Assembly (NCBI GenBank): GCA_030167865.1
Contig: JALAGF010003973.1
Coordinates: forward strand, 62,001-115,622
Length of the DNA: 53,622 bases
DNA from: Craspedostauros australis
Lineage: Eukaryota
Direction: 5' to 3'
Part shown: in pieces, positions 47,801 through 53,622 of the stretch
Layout: every line of letters begins with the position of its first letter
How positions within the stretch are numbered: the stretch's first letter is position 1
Program-made: the position numbers and the translations under genes
The notes under the pieces: model-generated
Told to the model about the DNA's origin: nothing
Databases searched by the model: none
The model's input: only the letters and a program-made list of their open reading frames with translations

Positions 47801-47982
47801 ATTCGTTTGGTTGGGAGACGGGTGCAACGAAGACATCCCAGGACAAGAACGACGTTGTGATTCTCCGCAACCATGAAAAAGGACCAACGCACGGCGACAG
47901 CGTTGGAGGCGCAGAGGGTGGCCATTCAGCTCAGGAGGAGCTCAGCGCCGGGAATGATGGTGGTCCGATGCACGGCACCTGA
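44821..47982 (+). CDS. clpB: ClpB/Hsp100 disaggregase, mitochondrial Hsp78-like; 3 exons
   Basis: Exons 44821-46587, 46861-46987 and 47162-47982. NBD1 [33 protein letters not shown]; coiled-coil M domain; NBD2 [41 protein letters not shown]. The Arg/Ser-rich presequence and absence of a Clp-N domain fit the Hsp78 type. Confidence 0.95.
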
Positions 47983-48397
47983 AGCACCTGAGACTGGGTA
48001 GAAGACGGGCGCAATGTTGGCGGTGAGTATTTGCTCTGCATGTTGTGCCTTTCTCCTTGTTTGAGCCGCGTGGACGAGAACGCGTGTGATGCACATACCA
48101 TACACGCATCAGCATGTTCGAGTGCTTGCTGGTATGTACTCGTATCATGACAGAGGAGGGGATCATGTTCTGCCGCGCTCTTTTCCATTTCCTTTGACGA
48201 GTTAATACACACGTCCTACTTTAGAAATGCAAACACTTTGGAAAACCTGCATTGTATCATGTTTGTATTGTTGCTGCTAGTATTGGTGTGGGCACTCCAG
48301 CAACTGATGCTTAGTGGCACACTACGTACCAGTGCAGAGTCAAGTAGAGAATAATTGGGTGCTGCAGAAAGGAGAAAAAAAACAGGGTTTGCTCAAT

Positions 48398-51077
48398 TTA
48401 GCTTACGCTGACAGTCTCTGGATCCACGAGGATGAGCTGCCCCGATCTGGCTTCCGCTGTGTAGAGCTCCACACCAAGCGCATTTGCGAACTTGAGCGGG
48501 ACTTTGCGCTCCTTTGGGGATGTCGTCAGGTTGATGACAACGCCAGGTCTCCCTCCGCGACCGCATCGCCCTGCTCTGTGGGCGTAGTGAGAGGCATCTG
48601 TCGGCAAGTCCATGTTGATCACGTGCGTCAACAAGGGCGCATCAAGACCTCGAGCCGCGAGCTCAGTGGCGACGACAACACCGACGTACCCTTCCCGCAA
48701 GGCTCTGCTCACTTCGGCACGATCCATCTTGTCACTTCCAACTCCACCGTGCAGTGCCGCGGCCAGAATGCCCATGCCTCCAAGCCGTTCGACGACGATG
48801 TCCACCTTCCGGGCATTCTCGACGAAGATGAGAATTTGCTGCGGAACTGGCTCGGTGTGCAGTATCCTCCGCACAGTGGAAAGAGACAATCGACGGTGGG
48901 GCACATGAACAACTCCATGCATCACCGTTCTGCTCACTCTTGGTGCATTCTTGCCTCCATCGGATTTCGTCACCAGCATGTCATCCTGATCCGCCATGGC
49001 CTCGACGTATCCCGGCCTCAAGAACTCTTTCACCTTGGACGAACCCACAAGGTCCGATGCTGTGGCGGAACACCAGATCGACTGCAACGCATCACCATGT
49101 CTGCGACGGAGATGCTGCATGATTGCTTGGGTGGGATCTCTGTGGGGCTTGTATTCCAACAATGCATCAAATTCATCCATGACCAAGGCTCGCAAGTCGC
49201 CGATCTTGAGTCGACCAGACCTGAGGCACATCGTTGCAAGCGTGAAAATGGCAGAAAAAGAATTGATAGAAAGAAGGCAAACAGTGATAGAAAATAGTGC
49301 ATGTGGGTTCCGTTTGTGAGCACGCAGGTATTCATTGGTCACCAATGTGGAGAGCACGGTACGAGTACAGAAGATGTGGGAGCGGCATCATCTCTGCCCA
49401 TTCGTGTCTTTGGCGAGTGATTCATGGCAAGGAACTAGATGAATCCAACTCAGTTCAGCCCAGTTCAGCCCAGTTCAGCTCAGCCCAGCCCAGTTCATCT
49501 CGACTTGATTCAATCAAGAAAATAGAGTAAGCGAGCAAAATCAATAAAAATCCACCGAATGCCCACATGTGCCAATGCAAACCATCCACCTGACTGCCAC
49601 GGTAGCAAGCACAGTCGTTGCGTGAGATCTTCGCTGCACAACACAGCACTTACTTTTCGCCCGGTTTGCCCACGACAAGTTCAGCAACTCTTCCAGGAGT
49701 TCCAACCAGGATGTTCGGCTTTCGTTTTCGGATCTGCTCCAGATTCCTGGTGAAGGTCGTGCCTCCGATGGAGAGCTGAACTATCAGTCCAGTATCGGCG
49801 ATGAGCTGACGCGCAACGCTGGCAATCTGACTCGCCAGCTCTCGGCCTGGAGCAATAATCAACAACGAAACTCCCATTCTGCGTGGGTCCTCGTCGTTCT
49901 CTTCGATATCTGCGAGTAGTCGCTGTACGAATGGAGTCAGAAATGCCAGGGTCTTGCCACTGCCTGTGTAGGTTCCCACCAAGACATCCTTTCCTTCGAC
50001 AGCCGGCGGCACGGCCTTTTCTTGGACAGCAAGAGGCGAGGGGCATTCCATCTCTTCCAGGTTTTCCAAAAGACGTTCGTGTGTCACCCCAGCATCCTCC
50101 CAACTCAACGATGGTCGGAGGGATGAAGAAGCGATGAGCGGCGAGTCCAAATCCATCCAGTCCGAATCTTCGTCCATCTCAACTTCTTCGCCGTCGTCAA
50201 CCAAAGACGATTGGAAACGGTACATCGCTTCATCCACGGTCAACAGCACTGTATCACCTTCCTCATCCAGAACGGGCATGGCTGGTGGCGGTTTGACGCG
50301 TTTTTGTGGCTTGGCGATGGCACCACCCTCTTCTTGTTCACTCGCGGCCAGTTCTTCGAGTGTGGAAGCATATCGCATCGCGTTCGCTTCTTGTTGCTTC
50401 CTCTCGTTCTCTCGTTGGGTAGCAGCTCTGTTGGCATTCGCTGATGGGTTAAAGAAAAAGCCCGGAGTTTTGGGGGCTGTGTCAAATGACCCATCGTCGT
50501 ACGTGTCATCGACGCCAGATCCGTCGCCCTCCCACTCGATCTCTTCGAGTACCTCGTCGTCCTTGTCGTAAAACTCTCTCTGATCGTCGCCCTCGGGTGG
50601 CTTCTTCCCATCATCCTTGGTCCAAGGATCAAACACAGGCCTTCGCAGGTTGAGCGTAGCGGGCGTGTCGTCCTTGCGTTGGCTCTTCTTTTTGCTTCTC
50701 TTTGCGGGCTTCGCACCATCATCTGCAAGTCCGAAGTCCATCTCAAAGGCGCCATCAGCAGGCGAGGAGAATTTCCCCCAGCGTTCCACCATGGAAGACT
50801 CGAGATCATCAATGGACTTGCCGGACTCCCATGCCTCCGGTACCTTGTTGGCCTTCTTCTTGTTCTTGTTTCCATACGATGATCTCGATTTCTTCCCCTT
50901 CTTGTTATGCACTTTCTGCGAGAATCGGGGACCTTTGTTGGGGTTGCCCAGCGCGAAGAGCTGGGTTGGTTTCTGCCAGAAGGAGACATGCCCAATGACT
51001 GCAAAGGAGTGCGTGCATGATGGCAGCAGGGCAACTCCGATGGTGCAGAGCACCAAGATATCCCGTGTGGTGTGCAT
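48398..51077 (-). CDS. DEAD-box RNA helicase (DEFD variant) with bipartite plastid-targeting leader; 2 exons
   Basis: Exons 51077-49654 and 49220-48398; intron 49653-49221 (GTAAGT..CAG). Q-motif PLAVQEKA, TGSGKT, PGRELASQ, GTPGR, DEFD, SAT, ARGLD, HRAGRCGR. Signal peptide ending THS-FAV (Phe at +1) followed by a basic transit-like region. Confidence 0.92.
49451..49497. repeat. (CAGTTCAGCC)n repeat in the helicase intron
   Basis: Direct reading. Confidence 0.8.
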
Positions 51078-51685
51078 CGCCTTGCGTCCTATCGTTGCTG
51101 TGGTGGAACCCCGAAGCTTTGTGCGTGTTACGATCTGAGTGTACTTGTATGGGCCCGCGATTTCTGGATGGCCAGTCGATTATCTGGTTGTTGTGTCTTC
51201 GCTTGTCCTTCCAGGGTCGGGTTACCTACACCTGGACTCAGTTGGGTTGATGTGTGTTACGTCGTGCTCGTGATGGCTGATGTCGTTCATTGAAGAAAAC
51301 ACAAGACACATCACAACGCCGCCACAGAACAAAAAGGAAAACCTCCACATCAAGGCAGAATGATTGGTGACATGCGCACGGCCGAAGGACAGGCTAAAGT
51401 TCGTTCAAAGTACGACCAAACTCGAAAAGAAAGACACATGATTTCCCAATTGCGTGGGTGCATCGTCTCAGTCACCGGCCCGAAGTGGGCATGGTCGAGG
51501 TTGTGTCTCGCACTACAGGCAATGTCTACAGGATCCCAACCCGCATAGTTCTTTCGCCACTTGCTCGTCGCTTCCGCCTGTGGGTGTGGCCTGTGTTGTT
51601 GTGTTGATTTCGGCTTTCCTCATTTCTGAGCCGTTTCAATATTGTAAGTGATTAAAGATAATTTCCGCCTACGATTGCAGCAACA

Positions 51686-51756
51686 GCAATGTTAGTTTAG
51701 TGGTAAAATATCCGCCTTCCAAGCGGTTGCCTCGGGTTCGATTCCCGAACGTTGCA
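51686..51756 (+). tRNA. tRNA-Gly (TCC), copy 1
   Basis: Acceptor GCAATGT/ACGTTGC, D-loop AGTGGT, anticodon arm CCGC-CTTCCAA-GCGG, T-arm TCGGG-TTCGATT-CCCGA, discriminator A, followed by TTTT. Confidence 0.95.
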
Positions 51757-52361
51757 CTTTTGTTGTCGTTGGTGATCATTATGGAGGCGCTCCCACTCCC
51801 CACTCTTGGTTCGGAGTTGTGGTGGACATTGTCACGTCCCAACCCTTTTGCATGCTATCGTTGTCATTTGCGATTGTGTGATACTTTTGCGACACAGTCA
51901 GAGGAGAATCTCAATGCTTCCGTCGGAGACGTGTATCATCTCTTTTGGAGCACATGTGTTCAAAGCTGATGCCGCTCTAGAACATTGTGAATGTGGACGC
52001 CCCAAATTGGTCACTTCTGGCGATCAGGACACTATGTTCAGATTCACATGCAGGCTGAACGAGTAGTCACTTTGCCGCGCGCACCTCGAGGAATTACCCT
52101 GATAGGGCTGAGAACGACAGGTATTGATGATGAGCTTGATTTGCGAACAAAACGAGGCACTTTTGCGCTTGTTGGATTGAAAGATTGTGAGGATGGCATC
52201 AAACCCAAACGAACCCAAACCAACCCGGAAACGCACGACAGGAACTTTACATGATAGAGATGGAATGGAAAAGGGTTGGGACGCGACGATGTCCATCACA
52301 ACTCCGAACCAAAAGTGGAGAGTGGGAGCGCCTCCATAATGATCACCAACGACAACAAAAG

Positions 52362-52432
52362 TGCAACGTTCGGGAATCGAACCCGAGGCAACCGCTTGGA
52401 AGGCGGATATTTTACCACTAAACTAACATTGC
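52362..52432 (-). tRNA. tRNA-Gly (TCC), copy 2
   Basis: Exact reverse complement of 51686-51756. Confidence 0.95.
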
Positions 52433-52671
52433 TGTTGCTGCAATCGTAGGCGGAAATTTAATTTACGTACGTGCAGTATTGATTCAACGCATTGAAAACA
52501 AGGCAAGACACAGCGCAGCCACAAACAAACGCAAGCGACACTGACACAACCCCCGACACCTCCAGATCGACATGCATTCGCACAACATCAGAACATTGCT
52601 GTCGAGATTTTGATCTGTCGCTTCAGAACATGGGGACAGATCATCACATCATATCCGTAAGGAATTTTTCG

Positions 52672-52788
52672 GGACTGAGGAGTCCACTTACGGCTAAGTG
52701 GATTCCTCAGTCCACTTACCATTTTTGTTGTTTCGTAAGTGGACTNNNNNNNNNNNNNNNCGTAAGTGGACTGAGGAGTCCACTTACG
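52672..52788. repeat. Cluster of palindromic units CGTAAGTGGACT-GAGG-AGTCCACTTACG
   Basis: Full copy 52761-52788; partial copy 52672-52692; inverted variant 52695-52719; half copy 52734-52745 truncated by an N gap. Confidence 0.85.
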
Positions 52789-53195
52789 ACCACAAAAAAA
52801 GTAGTCGAATTTCGCTCATCTGAGAAAAGACTACTTCGACCACCCAACCCTGTCACATTTTTTGGATTCTTCGTGTTGTTGCGTGTAAACTTGTGCACAC
52901 AGCGATTTTGCATTGAGACGCACCTCCTCCGTTCTTTCCTTACACAAATACTCTCTCCATCCCTACAATAACAGCAATCAACACTGACTCTACTCTGCAT
53001 TAAATTGTCTTTCTCTACTGTTATGATACTGTTGTGCTTCTGTTATGCTACTGTTATGCTACAGTCATCCTTGCGAGCCTCTTGTGCGTGGAATACGTTG
53101 GTGTACATTATTCGTATTGCATATCATCGTTTCTGCTTCTTTCCATGCAGACCGTGAGTTATGACCTCTATATCTCTGCTCTGGATCCTGGCTTC

Positions 53196-53432
53196 NNNNN
53201 NNNNNNNNNNNNNNNNNNNNNNNNNNNNNNNNNNNNNNNNNNNNNNNNNNNNNNNNNNNNNNNNNNNNNNNNNNNNNNNNNNNNNNNNNNNNNNNNNNNN
53301 NNNNNNNNNNNNNNNNNNNNNNNNNNNNNNNNNNNNNNNNNNNNNNNNNNNNNNNNNNNNNNNNNNNNNNNNNNNNNNNNNNNNNNNNNNNNNNNNNNNN
53401 NNNNNNNNNNNNNNNNNNNNNNNNNNNNNNNN
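53196..53432. other. Assembly gap (N run); a second short gap lies at 52746-52760
   Basis: N bases. Confidence 0.99.
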
Positions 53433-53622
53433 CATTGATGCTGGGCCTTCACCTTCTCTACCCATTCGACAGGCTCCTTGTGCACAATTCGATGACATAA
53501 GTTGTGAACAATGATTGCGTCCGCTCCTTTTGCGACGCTTCTTAATGCCATGGTTAGGGCAATGCCACATGTCATGAGCCACTCCTGTTTGTCAGCTTCG
53601 ATGTATCAGCAAGCATACAAGT

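Larger units (their letters stand above)
51660..52458. repeat. Inverted duplication, arms ~51660-51849 and ~52269-52458, each carrying tRNA-Gly
   Basis: The right arm is the reverse complement of the left. Identical over 51660-51797, about 5 substitutions over the next ~50 bp, then similarity decays; ~420-bp spacer. Confidence 0.93.

Noticed and set aside
38820-47982. ATAD3, ClpB/Hsp78 and the HRI-like kinase as a mitochondrial stress gene cluster
   Set aside because: The genes are interspersed with unrelated ones and no shared element was seen; coincidence is sufficient without synteny or co-expression data.
52672-52788. Palindromic repeats as a CRISPR array
   Set aside because: Spacers are only about 2 and 14 bp, orientation is mixed, the context is eukaryotic and there are no cas genes.
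53433-53622. Minus-strand fragment (…EWLMTCGIALTMALRSVAKGADAIIVHNLCHRIVHKEP…) as a transposase remnant
   Set aside because: Too short, interrupted by Ns and with no recognisable catalytic motif; cannot be supported without a search.

Overview
Eukaryotic nuclear DNA, most consistent with a diatom or related stramenopile. Support: compact genes with short GT-AG introns, a signal-peptide+Phe plastid leader, RXL-motif proteins, and diatom-style LRR and ankyrin proteins; the organism call is inference. About 19 protein-coding genes can be modelled: a partial acidic protein at the left edge, Notchless/Rsa4, an eIF2-alpha kinase, a small acidic protein with an SMN-like motif, a signal-peptide-bearing mitochondrial-carrier-family protein, an FAD monooxygenase, an RNI-like LRR protein, a glutaredoxin-DEP-DUF547 protein, a TLC protein, a two-pore K+ channel, an ankyrin protein, two tandem paralogous single-pass membrane proteins of unrecognised family, phosphomevalonate kinase, ATAD3, an orphan disordered ORF, mitochondrial-type ClpB/Hsp78, and a plastid-type DEAD-box helicase. 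There are also tRNA-Asn(GTT) and two identical tRNA-Gly(TCC) genes inside a ~190-bp inverted duplication. The most intriguing items are the tandem receptor-like membrane protein pair, a 12-bp-phased GTTGCCG array and Cys-motif insert at the eIF2-alpha kinase, and a cluster of 28-bp palindromes next to assembly gaps at the right end. All calls come from manual motif reading; no database searches were run.
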